DNA of 64,000 nt from Nitrosopumilus sp. (lineage in GTDB: Archaea > Thermoproteota > Nitrososphaeria > Nitrososphaerales > Nitrosopumilaceae), in assembly GCA_965203315.1 (NCBI GenBank), contig OZ241857.1, positions 1,120,001 through 1,184,000 on the forward strand. Direction: 5' to 3'. Position numbers and translations under genes: made by a program. Shown one piece after another: positions 10,222 through 20,222 of this stretch; position 1 is the stretch's first letter; every line of letters begins with the position of its first letter. The notes beneath the pieces were generated by a model. It had not been told where the DNA came from. It did not search any database and saw only the letters and a list, made by a program, of their open reading frames with translations.

Positions 10222-10499
10222 GCTGCTACCAACTCGAACTTTTTAATACGCATTCCAAGCTTGTTGTACTTTTTCTTACATACAGTACATGTCATTATTG
10301 GTGTGATCTTTTTCGTAACCTTGGCTGGTTTGGCTAGTTTTGGAAACTTTTGTCCACCATACCCTTGTTTACGTTCCGCATGTCTGCGTTCACCCCTAGC
10401 AGATCCACGTCGTTTTCCCGCTTTGTATATAGACACCTTTTGTTCGGTGTGCGTCTTACATTTTGCACAGTACTTTCTCATCACCTTTGGAATGTTCAT
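10218..10499 (-). CDS. rpl44e: 50S ribosomal protein L44e
   Basis: MNIPKVMRKYCAKCKTHT...GYGGQKFP...CTVCKK; true start 10499. Confidence 0.95.
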   Translation of the reverse strand: MNIPKVMRKYCAKCKTHTEQKVSIYKAGKRRGSARGERRHAERKQGYGGQKFPKLAKPAKVTKKITPIMTCTVCKKKYNKLGMRIKKFELVAA

Positions 10500-10567
10500 A
10501 TCAACATACCGCCCTCTGCCGTAATTTAAGCATTGAACGTAAATAGTCGTCTGTATTATGGTATACT

Positions 10568-12331
10568 GTGAGATCACGCCTAGCAGATACCGTGTCGTCA
10601 TCAGGTATGGTCGCAATGGGGGAGAGAGAAGCTGATCTACTCTTGACGAACTGTAAACTAGTCTCAGTGTACACCAACGAGATAATCCCGAATAGTCAGA
10701 TAGCCATATCTGGAGATCGTATTGCATACATAGGTAGTGATGCAACACACACGTGTGGTTCTAAAACAGAGGTTATGGATATTGAGGGCAGGTACGTCTG
10801 TCCTGGACTCGCCGATCCACACATGCATCTAGACCAATTTGTCACTCCAGCAGAGTTTGCCAAGACTGCTGTACTGCACGGTGTAACATCACTATTCTCA
10901 GATCCTATCGATATAGTAAGTGTTGGTGGATATACTGCGTTCAAAGAGTTTCTGCGACTGACTTTGGATCTGCCTATACGTGTATTTCATACTGTACCTG
11001 GCGGGCTACCAGTAGATCCAAAGTTTAGTAGATGTAATGTACTCTCTCTGCAGGAAGAGCAATCTGCTATTCTAGACTCAAATGTTCTTGGGATGGGTGA
11101 GGTGTTCTCTTGGACCAAAGTCACGTTACGCGATCCAAAGACATTACGCTCGATTGCTACAATGTTAGAGAACGATTGTATCATAAATGGTCATACAGCA
11201 GGTGCAAGCGACAAGAAACTAAATGCATACATTGCTTCTGGAATAATCTCGTGCCATGAACCGATAAACTTTGATCAAGTCTTGGAGCGCCTACGTCTTG
11301 GGATGTGGATTATGATTCGAGAGGGATCCATTAGACGTGATCTTAAAGGCATTGTATCAGAGGTCATCAAACACACAACTCATCTCGATAGACTGATGTT
11401 CTGCTCAGACGGAATCGATCCATTAGATATTACTCATGTTGGATATATCGATAGATGTGTACGTGAGTCGATAAAACTCGGAATAGAACCAATAGATGCA
11501 ATATCGATGGCATCTAGAAACTCTTTTGACTATTATAATATGGGCAGAGATCTTGGTGGAATTGGACCTGGAAGGCTTGCTGACATTATAGTATTTGATG
11601 ATCTAGATGCGTTTAAACCACGTCATGTATTTGTAGGTGGCAAGATTGTAGTGTACAATGGTACACTGCATGCCAGAGTTGAAAGTCCAATCATACCCGA
11701 ATGGATAAAAAACACCATACATCTCAAAGAGGTTGTTCCAGATGACTTTGTTGTGCATGCCAAGAATGACAGTGTAACTGCAAATACCATACACATGATC
11801 ACAGAGATCGTCACCAAACTAGGTTCTGTTAAACTTGAGGTATCTGATGGCACAGTTGTTGTACCGCAAGACTCTGACGTATACAAGATTGCTGCATTCG
11901 ATCGAACTTTACATAGTGGCAAAAAGACTGTAGGGTTTCTAGAAAACTTTGGTAGTGATATCGGCGCACTAGCTTCTACATGGAGCTTTCATGAGAACAA
12001 TATGATCGTGATCGGTTCAAACGACTCTGACATGGTAACAGCTGCAAATCATCTCATAAAACATCATGGTGGTCTAGTAGTTGTAAAGGATGGTAAAGTT
12101 TTATCTTTTATGAAGCTAGATGTTGCCGGAATAATGTCTAGCGAGTCATTTGCAAAGGTTGCAGAAGAGTTTGAGAGATTCTTGTCGTGTATGGCAGACT
12201 CGGGTTGTAAGTTTCAGCGACCACACATGATTCCACTATTTCTGCCATTTCTTGCCCTACCGTCTGTTCGTATACTAGCAGGTGGAATAGTTGATGTCAA
12301 GGCACGGAGATATATCAATCCCATACAATAG
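10568..12331 (+). CDS. ade: Adenine deaminase
   Basis: PGLADPHMHLD, GEV, NGH, SCHE, IREGS, CSDG, GIGPGRLADI. Confidence 0.88.
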   Translation: MRSRLADTVSSSGMVAMGEREADLLLTNCKLVSVYTNEIIPNSQIAISGDRIAYIGSDATHTCGSKTEVMDIEGRYVCPGLADPHMHLDQFVTPAEFAKTAVLHGVTSLFSDPIDIVSVGGYTAFKEFLRLTLDLPIRVFHTVPGGLPVDPKFSRCNVLSLQEEQSAILDSNVLGMGEVFSWTKVTLRDPKTLRSIATMLENDCIINGHTAGASDKKLNAYIASGIISCHEPINFDQVLERLRLGMWIMIREGSIRRDLKGIVSEVIKHTTHLDRLMFCSDGIDPLDITHVGYIDRCVRESIKLGIEPIDAISMASRNSFDYYNMGRDLGGIGPGRLADIIVFDDLDAFKPRHVFVGGKIVVYNGTLHARVESPIIPEWIKNTIHLKEVVPDDFVVHAKNDSVTANTIHMITEIVTKLGSVKLEVSDGTVVVPQDSDVYKIAAFDRTLHSGKKTVGFLENFGSDIGALASTWSFHENNMIVIGSNDSDMVTAANHLIKHHGGLVVVKDGKVLSFMKLDVAGIMSSESFAKVAEEFERFLSCMADSGCKFQRPHMIPLFLPFLALPSVRILAGGIVDVKARRYINPIQ

Positions 12332-12375
12332 CGATATCGCCAGGGATCTTTTAGATTAACGTGTGATGGTATTTT

Positions 12376-12551
12376 GGTTCTGTTCAATTGACGGGGGTTG
12401 ACATTTTCTACACAAAATTCTCGAAAAATTTTGCAAAATATGGAAATGGTCTCATATCGGCTATTGTAAATTCTGCTGTTCTGAGTCTCATGGTGTGAGT
12501 TCTTTGAGATAACGTCATGACGATCTCAACCCCTGTCAATTGAACAGAACC
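12376..12551. mobile_element. MITE family D (IS6-like ends), 176 bp
   Basis: 26-bp TIR with 1 mismatch: GGTTCTGTTCAATTGACGGGGGTTGA / TCAACCCCTGTCAATTGAACAGAACC; second copy at 28949. Confidence 0.85.
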
Positions 12552-12695
12552 AGTCTCAGGAATCATGTTAACGACACAACAAAATCTCTAAGACATGCAG
12601 TACTGGAAATTGACTGCCTTTTTCTGTGAACATTTGCGATGTTATATAAAACAATTGCGTATGATAGCTACGGACTGTTTTTATTATATCTATGA

Positions 12696-13757
12696 GTGAG
12701 CCAAGTGATGTATAGATTCACTGCTCCTGCCTTGTTTGCTACGGTGATTATTATGTCATTTTTGATAACAAATGGTGTAGATGCTAAAACTAGTGATGAT
12801 AAACTAAATGAAAAGATACCCGGTGACAAGCTATTAAACAGACATGAAGACTGGAAACTAAAGTATGATGACTCGAAAAAATATGAAGAGGAAGATAAGG
12901 CCATTCATGCATATGTAGATGACAACCACCCAGACAACGAGTGGAACAAGATCACAAAGAAGAATCAGATCAAGATATACAATTTTGATACACGAGCCGA
13001 TCAGAAAGATGCTGGATTACATGCATTGTTGTTTCATGTAAAATATCAGAAAGAGTCTGACACTTACAACCCAACAGTAGCCGAAAGGAGATTTCATGAC
13101 TGGGCTACAGAAGAGATCAAGAGTCCAGTTATGCCTACAAACGTCACGTCCAATATGATACAAGCGATCATAAAGACATACAACGAAAATGCCAATTATG
13201 GACACGTTCCGATCAAACTGTTCGACTCTGATGTTGATTTTTGGATAAAAGTAGCTGCTGACAAGATGTGTGAATTAGACAACACTTGTGATCTAAATGG
13301 TGCAATCTTTGATCCAGACTCACCTGATTGTACGTTTGTACAGTGTGCAGATGCGACAACATGGTCAACACATCACAGATTATATGTTTTTGTGGAGCCA
13401 TACTCTTGTGCAGGTACTTCAAATTGTATATCTGTAAATCGTACAAGTGGTAGCGGAGAGTTAGAAATAAGTGCACTAGATCCAACTGGAAACGCTCACT
13501 CTACAACTAGAAAAATAAAATATTATGCTATTGATCATTCATATGTTGACACTTATCGTGTATCTCACGAGCTTATAGTTACACTTAATCTTGGGGAAAA
13601 TAGTTTTACCATAGGACCAAGAACAGGGACGGATAGTGTAATAATTTATGGAGATAAAACATTCAAGCCAGATACATGTAATGATAATCGAGTTGAACCA
13701 AACTGCGGAACGTATTCTATAAGAGGCGTAGCAAGCGACGCGACTTTTGAAACATAA
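12696..13757 (+). CDS. Hypothetical secreted protein, Cys-containing
   Basis: 353-aa ORF, signal-peptide-like N-terminus (..NGVDA), paired Cys; no family recognised. Confidence 0.7.
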   Translation: MSQVMYRFTAPALFATVIIMSFLITNGVDAKTSDDKLNEKIPGDKLLNRHEDWKLKYDDSKKYEEEDKAIHAYVDDNHPDNEWNKITKKNQIKIYNFDTRADQKDAGLHALLFHVKYQKESDTYNPTVAERRFHDWATEEIKSPVMPTNVTSNMIQAIIKTYNENANYGHVPIKLFDSDVDFWIKVAADKMCELDNTCDLNGAIFDPDSPDCTFVQCADATTWSTHHRLYVFVEPYSCAGTSNCISVNRTSGSGELEISALDPTGNAHSTTRKIKYYAIDHSYVDTYRVSHELIVTLNLGENSFTIGPRTGTDSVIIYGDKTFKPDTCNDNRVEPNCGTYSIRGVASDATFET

Positions 13758-13773
13758 TGTCTTTAGGTTTACT

Positions 13774-14598
13774 ATGAAACGCCTCGTTGTTATCATACTA
13801 GTAGTAATTATCATAGTGACCATCGCAATTATGAGTGTGCCTATGTCTTTATACAACTATTACACATATACGATTCCTATGAGAGATCCATTAATTGACT
13901 ATACTGTAGCTGATTTTCATTATCCACCTGTAAATGATGCAAGTTTTTTAATTATGAAAAGTGCCACACTCTTGGATGACGGATCAATTGATGTGGAGTT
14001 TAGACCAAATAATAGATATGTACACTACAATGGGTCAAATTTTGCCCATGTTGAAAACATCAAGGCTGGTCAAACCTTTGTTGTATCATGTATGTATGAA
14101 GACTATGGTAATCAAACATTACATATAATTCCTAATTATGAAGAGTTGAAGAAATCTATAGAGGAGACTCGTACAATATCCTATGTTGCAGATGAAGAAT
14201 ATTTTGAAAATAACTGCAATAATGATCCTGATGAAGAGGGATGTAATCGTCTTTATAATGCCTTTCTTAGCAATTCGACTATTAATGTACAAGAATCATA
14301 TGGATATACACGACCATATCTCGATAAAGAGTTTTATGACAAACCCTTTGTCCAGATTTTAAGATATATGGGTCTAGGTGAGATTAATGACAATAAAGTT
14401 TATGTGTTTCATCATATAGAGGGATACCTTCGAGATTATGTACCATGTAACTATCCACAAGTAATAGAGCACTCTGTTAATCTGGTATATGCAGAGCCAC
14501 CAGATTGGTATCTTTGTACCTACTCTGGATTATATCGTCCCAGTATGGTTTTGTATGATTTTGAGGAATCTAGATGCGCTCCATACAAAGAGAGTTAG
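13774..14598 (+). CDS. Hypothetical membrane-anchored protein
   Basis: MKRLVVIILVVIIIVTIAIMS N-terminal TM; long ORF directly after 12696-13757. Confidence 0.7.
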   Translation: MKRLVVIILVVIIIVTIAIMSVPMSLYNYYTYTIPMRDPLIDYTVADFHYPPVNDASFLIMKSATLLDDGSIDVEFRPNNRYVHYNGSNFAHVENIKAGQTFVVSCMYEDYGNQTLHIIPNYEELKKSIEETRTISYVADEEYFENNCNNDPDEEGCNRLYNAFLSNSTINVQESYGYTRPYLDKEFYDKPFVQILRYMGLGEINDNKVYVFHHIEGYLRDYVPCNYPQVIEHSVNLVYAEPPDWYLCTYSGLYRPSMVLYDFEESRCAPYKES

Positions 14599-15018
14599 TA
14601 CAGTTGTGACAAATTCTCCGGGAATATTGAATAGATACTTGACAGACATGAAAACAAATGTTAGTCAATCATATCTAATCACAGTGGCATTCAATTGTAC
14701 CATTTTAGATTCTAGTAATGATCCTAGTATCTATCGTTTACACTAGTATACAAATCATCTGTATCTTTCGTGATACTTAGCCACCCATACACAGATTGTG
14801 TTTAGAGGTTTTGTTTTGGGCAAGAATTGTAGTTGGTAGTGTAGCAACGATAATTATCTGCATCTATGATACATAGTGAGTGATCAATTCCTTTGACAAG
14901 AACAAGTTTTGTGAATTGACGCATGGCGATCTGATAGCGATCGGCTAGTCTATCAAACGTCAATATGCATAATCAAGTTTACTAGTAATCGTTTACAGCC
15001 CCCTAGATCAAAAACATA

Positions 15019-15203
15019 CGCCTACACGACACTTGTGCATAAAAGTTACAGGCCAAGCCTAGTTGTGATGTCCGACAGCATGAGAGAAGTGAACCTGTTC
15101 GCTTTGAGATCCATAGTTCATAGGTGCTCTCTTGCTACTAACAGTAGGTAAACCCATAGATATCGATGGCCAAGCCCTGTACCTAGTGACACTAGCATAG
15201 GCG
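15019..15203. ncRNA. Candidate multi-stem structured RNA, unidentified
   Basis: Nested complementary pairs CGCCTA/TAGGCG, TACAGG/CCTGTA, GCA-GAGAG/CTCTC-TGC plus five local hairpins in a GC-richer non-coding tract. Confidence 0.45.
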
Positions 15204-15263
15204 GACACTCGCTATACGAATCAAGTAATATTAAAAAAGGGGATTTAATGGACAATCAACAAG

Positions 15264-16877
15264 ATGGCATCAATTCAGCAAGGACCAAACGGGCCAGTCC
15301 TAGTTCTAAAGGAGAGCGCACTTCAACAGAAGGGCAAAGACGCTCAACAGAACAACATTGCAGCTGCCAAACTTGTAGCCCAACTAGTAAAGAGTAGTCT
15401 CGGTCCTAGAGGTCTAGACAAGATGCTAGTTGACTCGTTAGGTGATGTAACTATTACCAATGATGGTGCAACCATCCTCAAAGAGATCGATGTCCAGCAT
15501 CCAGCAGCAAAGATGATGGTAGAGATCTCAAAGACCGTCGATAATGAGGTTGGTGATGGCACAACATCATCCGTAGTCTTTGCAGGAGCACTCTTGGCAA
15601 GAGCCGAGGAACTACTAAAGAAAGACGTTCACTCTTCAACAATAGTGGAAGGCTTTCAGAGTGCAGCTGACAAGACATTAGAGATTTACTCTGAACTATC
15701 AAAGAAGATAAAACCAGATGATCGTACTTCATTACTCAACATTGCAACGACTAGTATGCAGTCAAAACTGATATCAGAAGACAGTGATATCATTGCTCAG
15801 ATTGTAGTAGATGCTATTCTTAGTATTGTAGTTAAAAAAGGCGATAATTATACAGTTGATCTAGAGAACATAAAGGTCGAGAAAAAGTCTGGCGGTTCTA
15901 TTCAAGATACGCAGATAGTAAAAGGTATCGTACTAGACAAAGAGATCGTTCATAGTGGTATGCCCACAAGGATTCAAAATGCAAAGCTAGCTCTACTAAA
16001 CTCCGCTCTAGAGATAGAAAAGACCGAGATGTCATCTGAGATTAGAATTACCGACCCAACACAGATGCAGATGTTTCTAGAAGAAGAGAATCGTATGTTA
16101 AAGGCAATGGTCGAGAAACTTCATGATGTTGGGGCAAATGTACTGATCTGTCAGAAAGGTATTGACGACATTGCACAACATTATCTTTCAAAACATGGCA
16201 TTATGGCTGTACGTCGAGTTAAAGAGAGTGATATGATTAAACTTGGAAAAGCAACTGGAGGCAGAGTGATAAGTAATCTAGACGATCTGACTGCATCTGA
16301 TCTAGGTGCTGCAGACCTTGCACATCAAAAGAAAGTCGAATCTGACAAATGGGTATTCATTGAGGGTTGTAAACATCCTCAATCTGTAACACTACTAATT
16401 CGTGGTGGATCCCAACGCGTAGTTGATGAAGTAGATCGATCCATCCATGACTCGTTGATGGTAGTCAAAGATGTCATCGAAAAACCAGAGATCGTAGCTG
16501 GTGGTGGAGCTCCAGAGTCTTTTGCTGCATCAAAACTAAAAGAATGGGCAGACAACTTTGATGGACGAGAACAACTTGCAATCAAAAAGTATGCTGAAGC
16601 ACTAGAGTCTATTCCGCTCGTAATTGCAGAGAACGCAGGCATGGATCCAATAGATACGATGGCCAACCTACGTGCGAAACAAAACCAAGGTCGCAAATGG
16701 ACAGGAATTGATGCTAGAAATACAAGGATTACCGATATGCTTGCAATCAATGTAGTTGAACCTATTGCAGTAAAGGAACAGATCATAAAATCTGCGACAG
16801 AAGCTGCATGTATGATATTACGAATAGATGATGTCATAGCCGTCTCTGGAGGACCAGGTGGCGGCCCACCAGCCTAG
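15264..16877 (+). CDS. ths: Thermosome (group II chaperonin) subunit
   Basis: SSLGPRGLDKM, TITNDGATIL, EVGDGTTS, ILRIDDVI. Confidence 0.97.
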   Translation: MASIQQGPNGPVLVLKESALQQKGKDAQQNNIAAAKLVAQLVKSSLGPRGLDKMLVDSLGDVTITNDGATILKEIDVQHPAAKMMVEISKTVDNEVGDGTTSSVVFAGALLARAEELLKKDVHSSTIVEGFQSAADKTLEIYSELSKKIKPDDRTSLLNIATTSMQSKLISEDSDIIAQIVVDAILSIVVKKGDNYTVDLENIKVEKKSGGSIQDTQIVKGIVLDKEIVHSGMPTRIQNAKLALLNSALEIEKTEMSSEIRITDPTQMQMFLEEENRMLKAMVEKLHDVGANVLICQKGIDDIAQHYLSKHGIMAVRRVKESDMIKLGKATGGRVISNLDDLTASDLGAADLAHQKKVESDKWVFIEGCKHPQSVTLLIRGGSQRVVDEVDRSIHDSLMVVKDVIEKPEIVAGGGAPESFAASKLKEWADNFDGREQLAIKKYAEALESIPLVIAENAGMDPIDTMANLRAKQNQGRKWTGIDARNTRITDMLAINVVEPIAVKEQIIKSATEAACMILRIDDVIAVSGGPGGGPPA

Positions 16878-16881
16878 AATA

Positions 16882-17745
16882 TTGTCGTATAAGGTTGGTG
16901 TTGATCTAGGTGGTACAAAGATTGAAGCAGTACTGTTAGACGACAATCTAAATACACTTACAAGAAGACGTATCCCAACTCCAGCTAAATACTCTGAAAT
17001 AATCTCCAACATAACGAACCTAGTGAATGGTATTACAGTTGATATCGAGTATACATTTGGGATATGCACACCAGGTGTCATATCTACAGATACGGGTCTG
17101 ATCAAGAATAGCAACACTGCTGCACTAATAGATAAACCGCTATCGGATGATCTAGCTAAAGCATTAAACACCACAGTACAAATAGAGAATGACGCCAACT
17201 GCTTTACCATAGCTGAAGCAAAACTTGGCGCGGCCATACATTTTGATGTGGTATTTGGTGTGATAATGGGGACAGGTGTCGGTGGTGGCATAGTCATCAA
17301 CAAAAGACTGCACAAGGGCAAAAACCTCCTTGCAGGAGAGTGGGGACACCACACATTATACCAAGATGGCAATAGTTGTTACTGCAGTAGAACAGGATGT
17401 GTGGAGACGTACATCTCTGGTCCTGCCTTAGAATCACGATGGCGACATCTAGGTGGTTCTAGACTAGCACTACCTCAAATACTTGAGAATCTTGATGCAC
17501 CGTATGGCAATCTCTGGAAGAACGAATTTATCAAAAACTTTGGACGTGCTCTAGCAAATGTGATCAACATCTTGGATCCAGATGTGATCGTACTAGGTGG
17601 TGGTCTATCAAATATTGATTTTTTATACACCCTAGGTAGAGATGCCGTATATCAAAATACATTCTCTGATGTCACTACACCAATATTACGAAATACTCTA
17701 GGTGACTCTGCTGGTGTGTATGGTGCAGCTCTGCTAGACGCCTAA
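16882..17745 (+). CDS. ROK family sugar kinase
   Basis: GVDLGGTK, ENDANC, GTGVGGG, GEWGH, CYCSRTGCVE; TTG start at 16882 preferred. Confidence 0.9.
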   Translation: MSYKVGVDLGGTKIEAVLLDDNLNTLTRRRIPTPAKYSEIISNITNLVNGITVDIEYTFGICTPGVISTDTGLIKNSNTAALIDKPLSDDLAKALNTTVQIENDANCFTIAEAKLGAAIHFDVVFGVIMGTGVGGGIVINKRLHKGKNLLAGEWGHHTLYQDGNSCYCSRTGCVETYISGPALESRWRHLGGSRLALPQILENLDAPYGNLWKNEFIKNFGRALANVINILDPDVIVLGGGLSNIDFLYTLGRDAVYQNTFSDVTTPILRNTLGDSAGVYGAALLDA

Positions 17746-18071
17746 ATTAGGTTATGTTGTAGACGTAAAGAAAACTTTTTCTAAAATTTTAAGTGTTTTA
17801 AATTAGATGGTAACACATTTAGTGAATTCTAGATGCGAGTTTACTTGTTAGAGTTATTTTGGTTTTGTTGTTTAACTAAATATAAAAAAGCTGTTATAAT
17901 TTTCCAAAGTTGTTTACAGATTGGAAATTTAACTGCTCGTAAAACTGTAATGCAAAGACCAAAGTAAACAACTGTGTGTGTCTTGAATTATTGTCAACTA
18001 TTTGTTAAAGTCATGTGTGTTAATTTTTGTTCCGTCAGCTAGTGTGTCATTGTTTAGCCTAGTATGATCTA

Positions 18072-18202
18072 TAGTCGCGAACAGAATAATTTTCCTAGTC
18101 TGTAGTATCACAATTTGGTGTTAGCTGTTCTGCCAGAGGCAAATTCCGTCTCTGACCACACACATGCGGGAGTAAACAAGAAAACAATTTCGCTCGTGAC
18201 TA
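18072..18202. mobile_element. MITE family A, copy A2, 131 bp
   Basis: TAGTCGCGAACAGAATAATTTTCC...CGCTCGTGACTA, flanked by TA. Confidence 0.9.
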
Positions 18203-18204
18203 TA

Positions 18205-18317
18205 TAGTCATGAGTATTATTTTCCAGTATTGATACTGCAATCTAAGTCTGCTAGAGACAAACTATGTCTATGATCACACATGCACAAAAGTGAGAAAAT
18301 AATTTCGCTCGTGACTA
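18205..18317. mobile_element. MITE family A, divergent copy A3, in tandem with A2
   Basis: TAGTCATGAGTATTATTTTCC...GAAAATAATTTCGCTCGTGACTA; separated from A2 by a single TA. Confidence 0.75.
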
Positions 18318-18330
18318 TCAAATACAAGAC

Positions 18331-18693
18331 TCAGTCAATATGGTTATCTCGTACTTTTAAGATTCGATCAACGGTCTCTTTGATATTGATATCCAACTCG
18401 GTACTTATCAAGATCAGACCTGCGCCACCTATCGGTACAGTTATTCTATAGATCTTTTCGTATAACGCTAGTGCGAATATTGGATTACCGATCTTTTCTG
18501 CAGTCTTTTTACGAGACGACCATCGATATACAGCTTGAGATAGTGTCATCTCTGTCTCTTCCCTTGTTAGATGTATGGTTAGACCCTCTCGCGCCTTGTC
18601 GTATAACTCACCAAAGTCATAAATTCCAACATATCTGATCTTGTCATCGCACTCTAGCATCTCATCACATATCTTGTCATAGTTCATGATCAT
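18331..18693 (-). CDS. Conserved thaumarchaeal small protein (roadblock/profilin-like fold, tentative)
   Basis: YDKICDEMLECDDKIRYVGI...IGNPIFALALYEKIYRITVP; start overlaps guaA stop (TGATG). Confidence 0.7.
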   Translation of the reverse strand: MIMNYDKICDEMLECDDKIRYVGIYDFGELYDKAREGLTIHLTREETEMTLSQAVYRWSSRKKTAEKIGNPIFALALYEKIYRITVPIGGAGLILISTELDINIKETVDRILKVRDNHID

Positions 18694-20216
18694 CACTGTG
18701 GCTCTATAGTTGATGGTGGCTTGCTTGATATTGCATATGTAACCCATGTTACATCATCAATCTCGTTTGTGATTCTGTTGCTGATCTTTTCAAGGATATC
18801 CATAGACAGTCTAGTCCAATCTGCAGTCATTGCATCAATAGAGTCTACAACTCGTACAATTACAATATTTCCATAATGTCGTTGATCACCTACTACACCC
18901 ACTGCCTTGTCATCACCAACAGCAGCATATGCCTGCCATACTTTATCGTATATACCTGCGGTAACTAGCTCGTCCTCTACTATCTTACTGGCAATCTTTG
19001 CTATTCGTAGCTTTGTCTCTGTTACCTCTCCAATAACTCGAACAGCTAGACCAGGTCCTGGAAACGGATGTCTCTTTACGAATACTGTTGGAACACCAAG
19101 AATCTTTGCAATCTCTCGTACCTCATCTTTGTATAGCTCTTTTAATGGTTCCAAGACTTTGAGATCCAACCACTCCGGTAGCCCTCCCACATTATGATGT
19201 GACTTTATTACAGCTGCTGGTCCCTTTGATATACCGCTCTCTATGATATCAGGGTATAGTGTCCCTTGGGCAAGCCATTGAAATGGACCATGATCTTTTG
19301 CAAACTCTGTAAATACACCAACAAACTCTTCGCCCACTATCTTTCGTTTTATCTCTGGGTCGACTATTCCTTGCAGATTATTCAAAAATCTCTTCTCTGC
19401 ATCTATCGCTGTAAAGTTGACGTTCCAGTTAGCTCTAAACATCTCTTTGATCTCTTCTGCTTCGTTGTGTCGAAGTAGTCCGTTATCCACAAAGACACAA
19501 GTTAGTCTATCTCCGATCGCTTTGTGGATCAGTAATGCAGCAACAGTAGAGTCTATTCCTCCACTCACACCACACAATACATCTCCTTGAATCTTTGATA
19601 ATTGCGACACAGACGTTCTAACAAACTCGTCCATAGTCCACTCTTGTTTTGCTTTGCAGATGTCTAGTACAAAGTTTTTGAGAATCTGTGTTCCTTGCTC
19701 AGTATGTACAACTTCGGGATGGAATTGGATCCCGTATATCGGTTTACTCTTTGATGCTATTGCAGCTGATTCTGCATTGTCTGTATGACCTATTACATCA
19801 AACCCTTGTGGAATCTCCTCTGCTTCATCACCATGACTCATCCAAGCCTTGATCTGAACTCCGATATTACCAAGTAGTGTAGTATTGTCGTCTACATGTA
19901 GCGTTGATGAGCCATACTCTCTGTTTACTTGCTTTACTCTACCACCATACTTGTCTACAATTAGTTGGTGTCCGTAACATATTCCAAGTAATGGTAAATT
20001 TAGATCAAAGATTGCAGAGTCGGGAGTTGGTGCGTCTGCATCATATACACTTGCTGGTCCTCCAGATAGTATTATTCCCTTTGGAGTATGTCGTTGCAGA
20101 TCATCTCTAGTTATATCAAATGGAACAATCTCGGCATATACAGAGAACTCTCTAATTCTACGACATATCAAATGTGTGTACTGTGAACCAAAGTCCAATA
20201 CAACTATCTTGTCCAT
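18693..20216 (-). CDS. guaA: GMP synthase (glutamine-hydrolysing)
   Basis: DFGSQY, GICYGHQ, QFHPEV, SGGIDS, KSHHNVGG, HPFPGPGL, KPPSTIE. Confidence 0.97.
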   Translation of the reverse strand: MDKIVVLDFGSQYTHLICRRIREFSVYAEIVPFDITRDDLQRHTPKGIILSGGPASVYDADAPTPDSAIFDLNLPLLGICYGHQLIVDKYGGRVKQVNREYGSSTLHVDDNTTLLGNIGVQIKAWMSHGDEAEEIPQGFDVIGHTDNAESAAIASKSKPIYGIQFHPEVVHTEQGTQILKNFVLDICKAKQEWTMDEFVRTSVSQLSKIQGDVLCGVSGGIDSTVAALLIHKAIGDRLTCVFVDNGLLRHNEAEEIKEMFRANWNVNFTAIDAEKRFLNNLQGIVDPEIKRKIVGEEFVGVFTEFAKDHGPFQWLAQGTLYPDIIESGISKGPAAVIKSHHNVGGLPEWLDLKVLEPLKELYKDEVREIAKILGVPTVFVKRHPFPGPGLAVRVIGEVTETKLRIAKIASKIVEDELVTAGIYDKVWQAYAAVGDDKAVGVVGDQRHYGNIVIVRVVDSIDAMTADWTRLSMDILEKISNRITNEIDDVTWVTYAISSKPPSTIEPQ

Positions 20217-20222
20217 AGCGTA

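Noticed and set aside
10500-10748. 83-aa N-terminal extension of L44e in the ORF track
   Set aside because: Overlaps the divergent ade gene; the family start is at 10499
15019-15203. SRP RNA, RNase P RNA or cobalamin riboswitch
   Set aside because: No SRP helix-8 GGAA/AGCAG motif, no RNase P GAGGAAA-UCC/ACAGAA motifs and no B12 box on either strand; GGTAAACCC alone is insufficient
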